Notes: generated from the sequence alone by a model not told the origin. Shown: positions 48,987 to 60,509, counted from the first letter of the stretch. The stretch: 64,000 bases of DNA from an uncultured delta proteobacterium (GCA_963706575.1 CAVPNL010000001.1:96001-160000); one strand, 5' to 3'. Made by a program: numbers and translations.

Positions 48987-50243
48987 CTATTTCTTTGTAA
49001 AAATGTGGCGCAATGGGAAGATACCCACTTTTACCGACTTGCCCTTCTGAACCTGGTCAATACGTACCTGATCAACACCCTCGATATCGCCCTTACCATA
49101 GGTGAGTGGCGTACTGCTGATGTCACCGGTGGGAAGGTTTTTGATCTGGTAAAAGCCATGCTGCAACACATCACCCGGTGTAAGCTTTTCAAAAGGCACT
49201 TTCTGCATGGCCAGCCGCAAGGCCTCGACCTGGATCATGGCTTCCAGGACTCCTGCCTCATACATGATGTGGGTAATCCGCTTGCCGGAACGATACTTAT
49301 CCTGCAGGTCGCTGCAGAACTTTATCCCGGGGGTGGCAAGGTCATCCATGGGGCGGAAGCTACCGGCGCAGACATAACCGTCACCCAACTCCCCCATGGC
49401 CTCAGCGAACACAGCAGCGTGACCGGGTGCGGGGACGCCAAAGGTCATCTTATGCGCTAGATGGGGTCCCATGCCCAGTCTGGCCATCTCTTTAACCGTT
49501 GGCTGTGAGCCGGGATTGATCATAACACCCAGAGCGAGGTCAACACCTTTTTGCTTGAGCCAGGTAAGCTGGGTGGTGGGCGGCGAGGTCGGTACCAAAG
49601 GTACATATTGGGTGCCCACAAACTCATAGCCGGTCTTCTGGAGATACGCTTTCATCTCAGGTATCTCAATCGACCGACCCATGGCGTTGTCGGCAGTCAG
49701 GTAAGCAACCTTCGGCTTTCTCGCCTCCTTCCAGCTCGTTTTGAACCAATCAGCGATGGCGGCTATAGAATCGGTATAAATCGGGTAATAGGTGAAGCAG
49801 CTTTGAGGCGGCGACAGGTAGTAGGGGCCGGTGGCCATACTGGTGCCGCCCATCTGGTCCTCCCACATTCTGTCTTTGAGTGCCAGCGCTATGGGTGAGC
49901 CCGATATCCTGCCGACCAGCATTCCTTTGGCTTTGAGCTCCTCATAGATTGACAGCGCCTTGGGAGGTTTGAGCTCATCATCGCGCCACATCACCTCCAG
50001 TTTTATATCGGCGGGAAATTTTTCTTTACGCCAGGGCGCCAAATTTTTGGTCGCATTTACATATGCGACATAATCCTCAATCGCAGCCAGCACCGCCGCT
50101 GAATCCTCAGCAAAGGGCCCGGTTAGCGACTGGGTGCCACCGACATATAGTACTTTCTCAGCTTGAGCGTTGACGGGCAATAACAATACTGCCGCCAACA
50201 GGATTGGCATTGAAGCTCGCAACATCCATTTTATTTTAGCCAT
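48987..50243 (-). CDS. ABC transporter substrate-binding protein (LivJ/K-like type I fold)
   Basis: Signal peptide and SLTGPFA motif; last transport gene of a liv-type operon. Confidence 0.85.
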   Translation of the reverse strand: MAKIKWMLRASMPILLAAVLLLPVNAQAEKVLYVGGTQSLTGPFAEDSAAVLAAIEDYVAYVNATKNLAPWRKEKFPADIKLEVMWRDDELKPPKALSIYEELKAKGMLVGRISGSPIALALKDRMWEDQMGGTSMATGPYYLSPPQSCFTYYPIYTDSIAAIADWFKTSWKEARKPKVAYLTADNAMGRSIEIPEMKAYLQKTGYEFVGTQYVPLVPTSPPTTQLTWLKQKGVDLALGVMINPGSQPTVKEMARLGMGPHLAHKMTFGVPAPGHAAVFAEAMGELGDGYVCAGSFRPMDDLATPGIKFCSDLQDKYRSGKRITHIMYEAGVLEAMIQVEALRLAMQKVPFEKLTPGDVLQHGFYQIKNLPTGDISSTPLTYGKGDIEGVDQVRIDQVQKGKSVKVGIFPLRHIFTKK

Positions 50244-50320
50244 TATGATACCCTCCTTTACGACTGTTGGGTTAATGAACGCTATGAAATAGGCATTCTG
50301 CCGGATTGAATCACCTCCTT

Positions 50321-51376
50321 TCACTCAATTTCTTGATGAGAAAAAGGCCAAAGCCTGAAATACGTCTTAATCATCTCCCAGCGGTGATGAAGCCCCCGCG
50401 GCTCAAAAATCAGAAAGATGATGATGATCATTCCGTGGGAAATGAGGGCCAGCGAGGCGGCCGCCTGCGGGGCAACGGCGGCGGCCAGGATCGGTCCGGC
50501 AACTGTGACGAGCTCATCCAGCACCTTGAGCGCAACGACGCCGAAAATAGCCCCTGCCGTACTGCCCATGCCCCCCACGATCAACATCCCCAGATACCAG
50601 ACGGAATCCATAAAAGGAAACTGTTCTATGCTGGCGAATCTAACGTAGTGAACCAGCAGCGATCCGGCCACTCCGGCATAGATACAGCCGATAAAAAATG
50701 CCTGCAGCTTGTAGCTCCACAGACTGACGCCCATGACCTCCGCCGCCAGGTCATTGTCCCGGATGGCGATAAAGGCTCTGCCGGCCCTGGTTCTGACGAT
50801 GTTGTGAGCCGTGATTGTCGCCAGGACAACAAAAACCATCACCAGGTAGTAATAGTTGGTTTTGGAACTCAGCACAATACCGCCGATCACGGGTTTGGGC
50901 ACAAGCAACCCATCGGTGCCACCGGTGATGCTGCGGAGCTGGATGATGATCCAGATAATAATAAATTGGGCCGCGATGGTCGCCATAATGAGATAGAAGC
51001 CCTTGATTTTCAGAGATGGCAGGCCGAAGAGCAAACCGGCTATTCCCGCAGCTAGGGCGCCGCAGGGAAGCGCAGCCCAGAATGGCCAGCCGAGCTTGGC
51101 GCACAAAATAGCCGAGGTATAACCGCCGACCGCCATGAATCCCGAATGGCCGATGGAGATTTGACCGCAGTAACCGGTCAGAATATTGAGTCCGTGGATG
51201 CTGACAACAGCAATCCCCATGGTCGTCAGGATGGTCAGCATCCTGTCGCTTAAAAAAAGAGGGCAAGCGAAAAGAAAAACGAGCAACGTCGCCACTGTTC
51301 CCCATTGCCGCCTGGAGCTCAGGATCGCCATTTCCTGTGCATAATTTTCATGAAAGGTTCCGGTGCGCAAGCTCAT
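50321..51376 (-). CDS. livM: Branched-chain-type ABC permease
   Basis: GLNILTGYCGQISIGH, GFYL.MATIA and GRAFIAIRDN motifs. Confidence 0.9.
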   Translation of the reverse strand: MSLRTGTFHENYAQEMAILSSRRQWGTVATLLVFLFACPLFLSDRMLTILTTMGIAVVSIHGLNILTGYCGQISIGHSGFMAVGGYTSAILCAKLGWPFWAALPCGALAAGIAGLLFGLPSLKIKGFYLIMATIAAQFIIIWIIIQLRSITGGTDGLLVPKPVIGGIVLSSKTNYYYLVMVFVVLATITAHNIVRTRAGRAFIAIRDNDLAAEVMGVSLWSYKLQAFFIGCIYAGVAGSLLVHYVRFASIEQFPFMDSVWYLGMLIVGGMGSTAGAIFGVVALKVLDELVTVAGPILAAAVAPQAAASLALISHGMIIIIFLIFEPRGLHHRWEMIKTYFRLWPFSHQEIE

Positions 51377-51379
51377 TGA

Positions 51380-52267
51380 TTAAACCCTTTCTATATGTGC
51401 AAGGCCGAAGAGCCCGTGCGGTCTGAAGACCAGGACGATGATCATCACAAAAAAAGGGAATACCTGGGCCAATCCGCCGCCGGGCAGTAACGGGTCCAGG
51501 TACCCGGCAGCCACATTCTCCAGCATTCCCAGTATGATGCCGGCGACAATGGCCCCGCCAATTGAGTTGACCCCGCCCAGCAGCACGACCGCGAAGGCCT
51601 TGAGACCGATAAGGGCCAGATCCATATTCGCTCCGGATACGCCCCCCAGCAGGATGCCGCCGATGACGCCGACGACACTGGCGATGATCCACGAGGCGGC
51701 ATAGACGGTTGTGGCCTTGATACCCACACTCTGCACCACCTGCAGATCCTCGGCCGTGGCCCGCATGGCCAGCCCGATCTTGGTATAGCGGAAAAGGAGC
51801 ATGAGCAGCGCTACACAAATGATAGACACGATCAGTCCGATCAAAGACTCCGAAGGTATGGATATCTCGCCGACTTTCATGGTTATGGTCGGCAATAATC
51901 CATGGTAAGCCTTGTATTCGGCACCCCAGAGCAGGGTTGCCAGCCCCCCCAATACCGTGGAAAGGGCGATGGTCATCATGACGACGGCCAGCACGGGTTG
52001 ACCGATCAGCGGGCGCAGCATCAGGCGCTCGATCAACAGACCCATGACGATGGCCACTGCGATTGCCGCCAGCAAAGCGGCCCATATCGGCAGGCCGAAC
52101 GGAACCAGAAAGGTCCAGCCGAGATAGCCACCGATCAAAACAAAGTGCCCCTGGGCAATGTTAAATACCTCCGAGCATTTCAGAATGATCACAAAGCCGA
52201 TGGCGATCAGGGCATAGACCATGCCCTGGGCAAGGCCGGTTACGACTAATTGCAGAAAGAAAGTCAT
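51380..52267 (-). CDS. livH: Branched-chain-type ABC permease
   Basis: G.VYALIAIGF, FNIAQG and TKIGLAMRA motifs. Confidence 0.9.
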   Translation of the reverse strand: MTFFLQLVVTGLAQGMVYALIAIGFVIILKCSEVFNIAQGHFVLIGGYLGWTFLVPFGLPIWAALLAAIAVAIVMGLLIERLMLRPLIGQPVLAVVMMTIALSTVLGGLATLLWGAEYKAYHGLLPTITMKVGEISIPSESLIGLIVSIICVALLMLLFRYTKIGLAMRATAEDLQVVQSVGIKATTVYAASWIIASVVGVIGGILLGGVSGANMDLALIGLKAFAVVLLGGVNSIGGAIVAGIILGMLENVAAGYLDPLLPGGGLAQVFPFFVMIIVLVFRPHGLFGLAHIERV

Positions 52268-54223
52268 CAGCCAGCTCCTTCAACAGACTCAATGCGAATC
52301 GTAGTATTTATTGTTCCCATGCGATCGTCACGGTCTCCGACCTGGGCTTCTATCGGCGCCTCGGTCTTATCCGCATAGACTGCATCGATCAGCTCACGGT
52401 AACGCTCTTCCAAAAATGTCTTTCTCAGCTTCCGGGTTCTGGTTAACTCGGCTTCATCAGGGTCAAATTCCTTGTGCAGATTGACATATTTTTTCACCTT
52501 AGAGCCGGGGGGCAACGTTTGGTTGACTCTGTCGATATCTTGCCTCACCAGCTCATAAACCTCCGGCGCCTGGGAAAGTTCGCCAAAGGAAGTATAAGCC
52601 ACTCTCTTTTGTCCTGCCCACCTGCTGACGTTATCATAGTTAATGATGATGATCGCCGAAACGTAGGCGCCTTTCGGGTCGGCCAGTACCCAGGCGTCCT
52701 TTATATAAGGACTGAAACGCAGCCGGCTTTCTATATTCTGAGGCGCCAATGTTTCGCCAATACCCAGTTCAATCAGATCCTGGATTCTATCTATAAATAC
52801 AATATGTCCGTCCTCTCGTATGAAGGCGCTGTCTCCACTATGAAACCACCCATCTTTCAGCACCGCGTCTGTTTTTTCCGGGTCCTTATGGTAACCGACG
52901 AAGACACCGGGTTGCCGATAAATGAGTTCGCCATCATCGGATATTTTTACCTCCGTACCCTGCGTGAGCGGGACCGACCGTCTCAAGATGGATGTCATCA
53001 TTATCGGCGCCGGTAAGGGCTCCTCCTTCCGTTGATCCATACAGGCTTTTGAGCGGAAGATTGAGCGCATGATAGAACCTGAAGGCATCCGGGCTGAGTA
53101 TCGCCCCGGTCGAATAACAGATTCTGGCATTTGACAAACCCAGGCTGCTTTTGATCGACCTAAAGAGGATGATATCGGCGAAAAAATAAAGTATTTTCAA
53201 GAACACGCCTGGTTTTTGCTTGCGATACTTTAATTCAGCCATTTTCTCGCCAATGGGCATTAGCATCCGGAAGGCAAAGCGCTTGATGGCATCCGCGCCT
53301 AGAATCCGTTCCTGCACCATAGCGGCCTGACTTTCCCATGGTCGCGCCCCGTAGAACACAATGCTGGGTCCGGTTTCCTGGCTATCCCGCTGTTGGGTTT
53401 CCGGCGCTTCAGCGAAGTTGAGGATACCGGCCGATAACAGATGGCAACCAATCCCCGTCCATTGCTCATTTATCCAGACGGGTGGCAGATAGGGGACAAT
53501 ATTATCTTCCTCAGTCCAGGGATCGAGCTGCAAAAGATAGTCGGCACCTGCCCTCAATGTCCGGTAAGTATGGATAGCCCCTTTAGGCGCAGACCCTGTG
53601 GTCCCCGCAGTGTAGATAATGGCGCAGACATCATCCGCGCGGCCGGCCTCCACGTTCTGCTCGAAGCGCCCGGGGTGTTCGGCTCCAAAAGTTTCCCCCA
53701 GCTTTAGCGCCTCCCGATATCCGACCAAAATATCGTCATCATATCGGGCCAGACCCTTGTAGCTCCAATAAATAATCTTTTTGAGCCGGGGAAGCGCGTC
53801 CTTGATTTGCAGAAACTTATCAACTTGCTCCTGGCCTTCAACCACCGCAAATCTCGCATCAGAATTTTCGGCAATGGTTTTTATCTCCAATGGCAGTAAA
53901 TCCGAAAACAATCCCACAGACACGCCATGGTTGGCCTGGGCCGCCAGCTCGGCATAGTACCATTGGGGGGCATTATCCCCGATAATCAAGACCTTGTCTC
54001 CGGGCTCAAAACCCAAAGCCAGTAAACCCAGTGCCAGGTGTTTAACATTGAGATAATAGTCCTTCCAGGTATGAGGATGCCAAACACCATAGTGCTTATG
54101 ACGCATGGCTCTGCGATGATCGCCATATTTTTCGTAATTATATTTGAGTACCTTGGGCCAGGTATCACCTTTTTCTTTATAATGTTGCTTCATCCCGATT
54201 ATCTGTTCCCCATGTTCTTCCAT
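52267..54223 (-). CDS. Long-chain acyl-CoA synthetase-like AMP-binding protein (apparent +1 frameshift near 52960-52972)
   Basis: YTAGTTG..PKG, YGSTE, SGD and ELTRTRKL motifs; the two ORFs overlap at ETVGP. Confidence 0.82.
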
Positions 54224-55017
54224 TAGCCCAGCCATCGCTTCCGTCGCCGGTAATGCTTCACTTCCCGATAACTCTTTTGAGAACCAACCGCCGATAATCC
54301 CATATAGAATTCACGCACGTCCTCATTATCCTTTAAATTCTCTGCCGGACCGCTAAGGACAACCCGGCCATTCTCCAAAACATGACCGTAATCGGCGATA
54401 CCCAGGGCAGCTCTGACATTTTGCTCCACAAGCAGTATGGCCATATTTTGCTCGGCATTGATCCTGCGGATAATTTCATATATTTCCTGAACCAGAAGCG
54501 GGGCGAGACCGAGTGAAGGCTCATCCAAAAGCATCAGTTTGGGACGTGCCATAAGTGCCCGCCCGATCACCAGCATCTGCTGTTCGCCGCCGGATAGATA
54601 GCCGCTCATACGGCGGCGCAGGCGTTTGATGGGCGGGAAGTAATCAAAAACCATTTCCATATCCTGCTTGACTTCACGTCGGTCTTTGCGGCAGTAAGCC
54701 CCCACGAGCAAATTTTCCTCTACGCTGAGATGCTCAAGAACCCTGCGCCCTTCCATTGCCTGGCTGATGCCCAAAACCGCAATGTTTTCGGGACCCAACC
54801 GGTCTAAACGCTTTCCATCAAACTCGATGCTGCCGTCGGTGACTTCGCCCTCTTCGGTTTTGAGCATTCCTGAGATGGCCTTTAACGTCGTCGTTTTGCC
54901 GCCGCCATTGGCTCCGAGCAGCGCAACGATTTGGCCATCGGCCACTGTTAGCGATACGCCACGCAGCACCTGGATAACATTCATATAGACGACATCAATA
55001 TTGTTTAGTTGCAGCAT
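54223..55017 (-). CDS. livF: ABC ATP-binding protein
   Basis: GANGGGKT, LSGGEQQM and LLDEPSLGLAP motifs. Confidence 0.92.
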   Translation of the reverse strand: MLQLNNIDVVYMNVIQVLRGVSLTVADGQIVALLGANGGGKTTTLKAISGMLKTEEGEVTDGSIEFDGKRLDRLGPENIAVLGISQAMEGRRVLEHLSVEENLLVGAYCRKDRREVKQDMEMVFDYFPPIKRLRRRMSGYLSGGEQQMLVIGRALMARPKLMLLDEPSLGLAPLLVQEIYEIIRRINAEQNMAILLVEQNVRAALGIADYGHVLENGRVVLSGPAENLKDNEDVREFYMGLSAVGSQKSYREVKHYRRRKRWLG

Positions 55018-55091
55018 TTTGTTTCATCTACCTCAGAAGCTGTTATAAGGCTTTGAAACAGCTTTCATCGATTTTATTCTTAAGGTAAGGA

Positions 55092-55910
55092 CTACTTTTC
55101 CTGCCCCAGGTAAGCACGGATAACCTCGGGATTACTTTTAATTTCGTCAGGTGTCCCCTCGGCAATCATGCGTCCGAAATCAAGGACAATAATCCGGTCG
55201 GCAATATCCATTACCACTCCCATATCGTGTTCGACCAGGATGATGCTGCGAATCCCATCTCGCAGAATGGGTGTGTCGGGATAGGTGGCTCCCTGGCCTT
55301 CAAATATATCCAGTATAAAGCGGGCGATGTCCTCCTTTTCCTCCAGATTCATCCCAGCCATGGGCTCGTCAAGCAGCAGTACTTTTGGCTCCAGCGCCAA
55401 AGCTCTTCCGAGCTCAACTCGCTTCTGCATCCCATACGGCAGGACGCCGACCACTTTCTTTCGCATCGGTGCCATTTCTAAAAAGTCGATGATCTCCTCG
55501 ACAGTTCGACGGTGCTTGATTTCTTCCTGTAGCGCCCAGCCCAAGTATAGCGCACCGCTGATAAAGTTTTGTTTCATCAGCACGTGTCGGGCAGCCATGA
55601 TGTTATCCTGAGTGCTGAGTCCCGTGTAGAGCTCGATATTCTGGAAAGTTCGGGCAATGCCAAGTTTAGTCAGTTTATCGGGGCGCATGCGGGTAATTTT
55701 TTGCCCATCATAGTAGATCTCGCCCTCCTGTGGTTTGTAAAAACCATTAATGCAATTGAGCAGGGCGGTCTTGCCCGCTCCATTGGGTCCAATGATAGCC
55801 AGGATTTCATTATCCCTGACGTTCAGGCTCACTTGATCAAGGGCATAGACACCGCCAAAGCTAAGCATTAGGTTGTCAATCCGTATTTTAACCTGCCTAT
55901 CATTTTCCAT
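55092..55910 (-). CDS. livG: ABC ATP-binding protein
   Basis: GPNGAGKT, ARTFQN, LLDEPMAG and VEHDM motifs. Confidence 0.92.
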   Translation of the reverse strand: MENDRQVKIRIDNLMLSFGGVYALDQVSLNVRDNEILAIIGPNGAGKTALLNCINGFYKPQEGEIYYDGQKITRMRPDKLTKLGIARTFQNIELYTGLSTQDNIMAARHVLMKQNFISGALYLGWALQEEIKHRRTVEEIIDFLEMAPMRKKVVGVLPYGMQKRVELGRALALEPKVLLLDEPMAGMNLEEKEDIARFILDIFEGQGATYPDTPILRDGIRSIILVEHDMGVVMDIADRIIVLDFGRMIAEGTPDEIKSNPEVIRAYLGQEK

Positions 55911-55993
55911 TTATTAAATCTCCGGATGCATTCAACTTCGATCTTTTCTAGTATCAGAGGACGTAAAAACACACAAGAAAGTATTCCCGTTAG

Positions 55994-56455
55994 CTATTCC
56001 TCCTTTGGGGTTGTCATCTCAAAAACAGCCGCAACGTTCTTTTTGCTGCCAAAACGGATACAGCCGGTTGGACAGACAGTCATACAGGCCGGCGATTTGC
56101 TTTCGGCGAGCCGCTGAATGCAGAGATCGCACTTTACGGCAATCTCTTGATGGTCTTCGAATTGCATGGCGCCAAAGGGACAGGCTTCTATGCATTCCCT
56201 GCACCCGATACAAAGATCATCGTCAATTAAAACAATACCTTGTTCATTTCTGGAAATCGCTTCAACCGGACAGGCCTCTTTGCAGGGGGCTTTGGCACAA
56301 TGGTGGCAGTAGATGGGGATAAAATCGGAAATTTTTTCAAGCACTCGCACCAGTCGGGGTCCCACTCCCAGTGCGTGTTCCTGCTTGCAGGCAACCTCAC
56401 AGGCATGACAGCCCATACAGTCCTTCTTGCGGAATACCAACGAGATCTTATCCAT
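55994..56455 (-). CDS. DmsB-like multi-[4Fe-4S] subunit
   Basis: CMGCHACEVAC, CHHC..APC...C, CIGCRECIEACP and KCDLC motifs. Confidence 0.9.
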   Translation of the reverse strand: MDKISLVFRKKDCMGCHACEVACKQEHALGVGPRLVRVLEKISDFIPIYCHHCAKAPCKEACPVEAISRNEQGIVLIDDDLCIGCRECIEACPFGAMQFEDHQEIAVKCDLCIQRLAESKSPACMTVCPTGCIRFGSKKNVAAVFEMTTPKEE

Positions 56456-56466
56456 CTCCTTTCCTC

Positions 56467-58557
56467 CTATTCATCTTCGCAGCGATATATGTTGCACAAC
56501 AAGACTCTCAGATTCGTCGCACCCATCACCGGGTCCATGGATTCGTGAGAATTGTCTGTCAGTAGATTAATGTTGGAGATGTCCCAGCCGTGATCGGTGT
56601 CCTTGATCTCCGGATACCACCAGCCATGCTCGGCGACGATCACTGCGGGGTCGATACCATCATTCAACTTGGCCTTTTCTTTGGCACGGCCGCGCGGTGA
56701 TTCGATCCAGACCCAGTCTCCTTCACAGATACCGTGTTTCTCGGCTGTTGTGGGATGGATCTCAACTATGGGATCGGGCCGGATCTCCCTGAGCCAGGGT
56801 ATCTGTCGGTTGGCAGAGTGAAAAAATGTGGGCGTGCGCAGACCGGCGTTTAGAATATAAGGGTATTTCTCAGCCAGATCAGGTCGGGAAACCGGACTTT
56901 CGGGAACCTCCGTGTATTTGGGTAGCGGATCGCGCCTCCATTTCTCAAAAATGGTGGAATACAGCTCGATTTTACGCGTAGGGGTGGAAAAACCATTTTT
57001 CTTGTATTTGTAAAATTTCTGTTCGCCCTGAAGGTAGCCTTTCTGCTTGAATTCCTCCCAGCTAAGGCCGGTCGGTTCGAGCAGCCAGTCTAGAGAATCC
57101 TCGATGGTGTCCCACCACTGCTGGCCCATTCGCTTGCCCAGTTCCATAAAAATTTTGTGGTCCTGCCAGCATTCGCCGATTTCAACCACCTTTTGTCTGG
57201 CCAGCACGTAGCCGTGATATTTCCAGTTTTCCGACACGTGATCCTGTTCGAGCCAGGTGCCGGCTGGCAAAAAGATGTCTGCCAGTTCAGCGGTCGGGGT
57301 CATGAAGAAATCCGATACTGCCAGAAAATTCAATTTTTTAAGGGCTTTATAAACCTCACGGGCATTCGCTCTGGACACCACGGGGTTGCTTGCCACCAGG
57401 TATCCAGCTTTGACCGGATAGGGTTTGCCGGTCAAAATCGCATCCCAGGCACACTTGGGTGTAACAATCGTCATGCGTGAGGCCAATTTGTATTGATCCC
57501 CACCCAGTCGCTTTTTTCGTTGCTCTTCAGACAGTGACCGATTCGCAGAAAATTCAGATATTTTCCGAGTTCCGGGGGGAGCATGAAAAACATTGCCACC
57601 GGGGGCATCCAGGTTACCGGTAACCGCCATGAGACCGACTGCGGTTCGGGTAAAATCGGTGCAATTGATGGTTTGTTCCGTCGGCACCCCCCAGTGGATC
57701 CCGGCCGGCTTTGTATTCGCATACAGGCGTGCGGCTTGACGGATAAGGTCCGGTTTTACCCAGGTGATCTCTGCCACGCGCTCGAGGGAATAGTCCCTGT
57801 TAATTCGGTCCACAAAGGCTTCCCAGCCGTGAATATAATTGGTCACAAAATCCGCGTCATACAGTTCTTCTTCAATGATGACATGAAAAAAACCCAGAGC
57901 CAGGGCCGCATCCGTACCCGGCCGCAGCTGAAGCCAGAGGTCAGCTCGTTTTGCCAGAAAACCTTTGCGCGGGTCAATGACGATCAGTTTGGCTCCTTTT
58001 TCATAAGCCCGCCAGAAACTGACGCCTTTGTATTCATCCGGGTTGGTCCACAGCGGATTGCAGGCCCACATGACAATGCATCTAGGATTATTGGCGTAGT
58101 CGATAGCGGGGTGTCGGCCGCATGTGGTCAGGGTAGCGCCGATGCGGGAGAGGTAACACATGTGGCCGGCTGTTAACATATTGGGAGTGCCTAATAAATT
58201 ACCAAAACGCGAGAAGTGGCTTTCGAAATCCCGACCGGTGCCCTGGCCGACGATGATGGACTCGGGACCGAATTCTGCGATAACCTTTTTAAACTTCGCG
58301 GAAACCGTATCCAGGGCCTCGTCCCAGGTAATTCGTTCCCAGTTTCCACCGGTTTTTTTCATGGGATAAAGGACCCGATCCGGGTGATAGGCTAGCTGAG
58401 TGATCGCCAGCCCTTTGGTACACATGCTTCCGTGACTTATCGGTGAATCCGGATCTCCCTCCACCTTTATGACTTTGCCGTCTTGTACATGGGCGATTAC
58501 CCCGCAACCGCCGTGACAGCTTCGGCAAACCGTTTTTACGTGTTCAACTTGCGACAT
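56467..58557 (-). CDS. Mo/W-bisPGD oxidoreductase, acetylene-hydratase-like family, paralog 2
   Basis: CRSCHGGC, AGHMC, KPYPVK and DPVMGATNLR motifs; colinear with paralog 1; no Tat signal. Confidence 0.85.
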   Translation of the reverse strand: MSQVEHVKTVCRSCHGGCGVIAHVQDGKVIKVEGDPDSPISHGSMCTKGLAITQLAYHPDRVLYPMKKTGGNWERITWDEALDTVSAKFKKVIAEFGPESIIVGQGTGRDFESHFSRFGNLLGTPNMLTAGHMCYLSRIGATLTTCGRHPAIDYANNPRCIVMWACNPLWTNPDEYKGVSFWRAYEKGAKLIVIDPRKGFLAKRADLWLQLRPGTDAALALGFFHVIIEEELYDADFVTNYIHGWEAFVDRINRDYSLERVAEITWVKPDLIRQAARLYANTKPAGIHWGVPTEQTINCTDFTRTAVGLMAVTGNLDAPGGNVFHAPPGTRKISEFSANRSLSEEQRKKRLGGDQYKLASRMTIVTPKCAWDAILTGKPYPVKAGYLVASNPVVSRANAREVYKALKKLNFLAVSDFFMTPTAELADIFLPAGTWLEQDHVSENWKYHGYVLARQKVVEIGECWQDHKIFMELGKRMGQQWWDTIEDSLDWLLEPTGLSWEEFKQKGYLQGEQKFYKYKKNGFSTPTRKIELYSTIFEKWRRDPLPKYTEVPESPVSRPDLAEKYPYILNAGLRTPTFFHSANRQIPWLREIRPDPIVEIHPTTAEKHGICEGDWVWIESPRGRAKEKAKLNDGIDPAVIVAEHGWWYPEIKDTDHGWDISNINLLTDNSHESMDPVMGATNLRVLLCNIYRCEDE

Positions 58558-58602
58558 TTACTCCTCCTATAATTACAAAGTCTCCAACTATTGTTTGTCC
58601 GT

Positions 58603-60186
58603 TCAATATCGTTTACGGATTTCCTTTTTAAGAATTTTTCCCTGGGCATTTTTTGGAAGAGATTCAACAAACTCTAAGGACTTAGGCGCCTTGTAGGAAG
58701 CCAGGTGCGTTTTGCTAAAATCGATAATGTCATTTTCCGTCGTAACGGCGTCGTCCCTCAAAACGACCACCGCATGAACACGCTCCACCCATACCGGATC
58801 GGGGATTCCCACAACGGCAACTTCGGCAATTGCAGGATGCCTATAGAGGACGTCTTCAACTTCACGGGAATATACATTTTCGCCACCGCTTACAATCATG
58901 TCCTTTTTGCGGTCGACAATATATATAAATCCTTTTTCATCATAGTATCCAAGGTCGCCGGTATGCAGCCACCCCTCAATCAAAACCTCTCGGGTTTCGT
59001 CCGGTCTGTTCCAGTATTCAACCATGAGGGAATCACTGCGGGCAATGATCTCACCGACTGTTCCGGGCGGCACATCATGGTTTTCCTCATCGACCACTCT
59101 GACGTGAACACCAAGACTCGGTTGCCCGCAGGAACTTAACACTTTTTGCTCTTCCGCGGTCCCGTCCAGGACCTGGTGATTTTTCCTGGGAAGGGCACAA
59201 AGCTGGGGTCCTGATTCGGTCTGTCCATATCCCTGTGAAAAAATTGGGCCGAATATCTCAAGTCCCTTTTTTAATAACTCCAGCGGCATGGGAGATGCAG
59301 CATAATAGATTCTATTCAGACTGCTCAGGTCGTAATCTTTAAAATCATGACAGGACAGTATAGAATTTAGCTGGGTGGGGACAATTTGCATATCGGTTGC
59401 TTTTTCATTTTGAATTATCTGAAGGACGGCAACCGGATCAAAAGATTTTTGCGGCATGATCACATTACAGCCCCCAACCAGGAAAAAGGGCCACACATGA
59501 CAATCTCCACCGATGTGGAAAAATGGTAATACCAAGACATGTCTGTCTTCGGGCTTAACGCCCATCTCCAGAGCTTTAATGCGGGTGTTATCCAGCTTGC
59601 GGAAATGAGTATAGAGGGCGCCGCGAGGGACACCCGTGGTACCACTGGTGTAAAAAATAAGGTAGGGGTCCTCCCGGGCCACACTCAGATCCGGTTCATG
59701 CGATGGGCAGGCCGCGACCATCTCACGATGAGAAAGCATATCAGGAACCGAATCGCCGAAGGTGATATGGTTTTTAACTTTAGGAAGGCGGGAACGCAAG
59801 CTTCCGACAGTGTCATGAAGATCCGGACCGATAAAGAGGGTATTGGCCCCGGAATAATTAATGAGATATTCAAGCTCATCTTCGTGCAGCCTGGGGTTAA
59901 AGGGTGAAGCGATAAATCCCCCCTTCATTGCAGCCCCATAAACATCGGCGTACTCGAGACAATTCCATGACAGAATGCCGATGACATCCCCCTTTTTGGC
60001 CCCTGATGCGTAAAGTGCATGGATCAGACTGTTCACCCTTGCATTGAACTGGGCGAACGTTATTCTTTGGGAGCCGCATACAAAGGCCTCGCTATCGGGA
60101 TTAAGCAGTGCATTTCGATAAATAATGTCAGCAAAGGTTCCGATTTGATACCGGCTCAATTCCTTTAACACAAGCTTGCTTGTCAT
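58603..60186 (-). CDS. Acyl/aryl-CoA ligase (FadD-like)
   Basis: YTSGTTGVPRG, GYGQTE, HTGD, DRKKDMIVSGGENV and GKILK motifs. Confidence 0.9.
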   Translation of the reverse strand: MTSKLVLKELSRYQIGTFADIIYRNALLNPDSEAFVCGSQRITFAQFNARVNSLIHALYASGAKKGDVIGILSWNCLEYADVYGAAMKGGFIASPFNPRLHEDELEYLINYSGANTLFIGPDLHDTVGSLRSRLPKVKNHITFGDSVPDMLSHREMVAACPSHEPDLSVAREDPYLIFYTSGTTGVPRGALYTHFRKLDNTRIKALEMGVKPEDRHVLVLPFFHIGGDCHVWPFFLVGGCNVIMPQKSFDPVAVLQIIQNEKATDMQIVPTQLNSILSCHDFKDYDLSSLNRIYYAASPMPLELLKKGLEIFGPIFSQGYGQTESGPQLCALPRKNHQVLDGTAEEQKVLSSCGQPSLGVHVRVVDEENHDVPPGTVGEIIARSDSLMVEYWNRPDETREVLIEGWLHTGDLGYYDEKGFIYIVDRKKDMIVSGGENVYSREVEDVLYRHPAIAEVAVVGIPDPVWVERVHAVVVLRDDAVTTENDIIDFSKTHLASYKAPKSLEFVESLPKNAQGKILKKEIRKRY

Positions 60187-60241
60187 ACCGTCGGCCTCCA
60201 ACTATTCGCTTTTCGCTCTCCGAATCTCCTTAATACTAAAG

Positions 60242-60258
60242 ATATTGATTATCAATAT
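60242..60258. promoter_or_regulatory. Candidate MarR operator
   Basis: Palindrome ATATTGAT-T-ATCAATAT; ATTGATATA half-sites recur at about 60442-60465 in the divergent intergenic region. Confidence 0.6.
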
Positions 60259-60509
60259 TTAAACTTAAATCAAGTGTCAATCTCTTTTATAATAAATTAA
60301 GGATATTGAAAAAAACATAAATGCCTGTTTATGGAAGCTCACCAATAGGAATTTCAATGCTGATTATAGAGAAAATTCTTGCGTTTTTTGAATAAAGATT
60401 ATTATAAATAAAGTTAAAAATGTATAGAATATAGCCAATATATTGATATACTAAACATTGATATAATTCACACTGATTTAAATGAATATTTAGAATTGAA
60501 GGAAATAGT

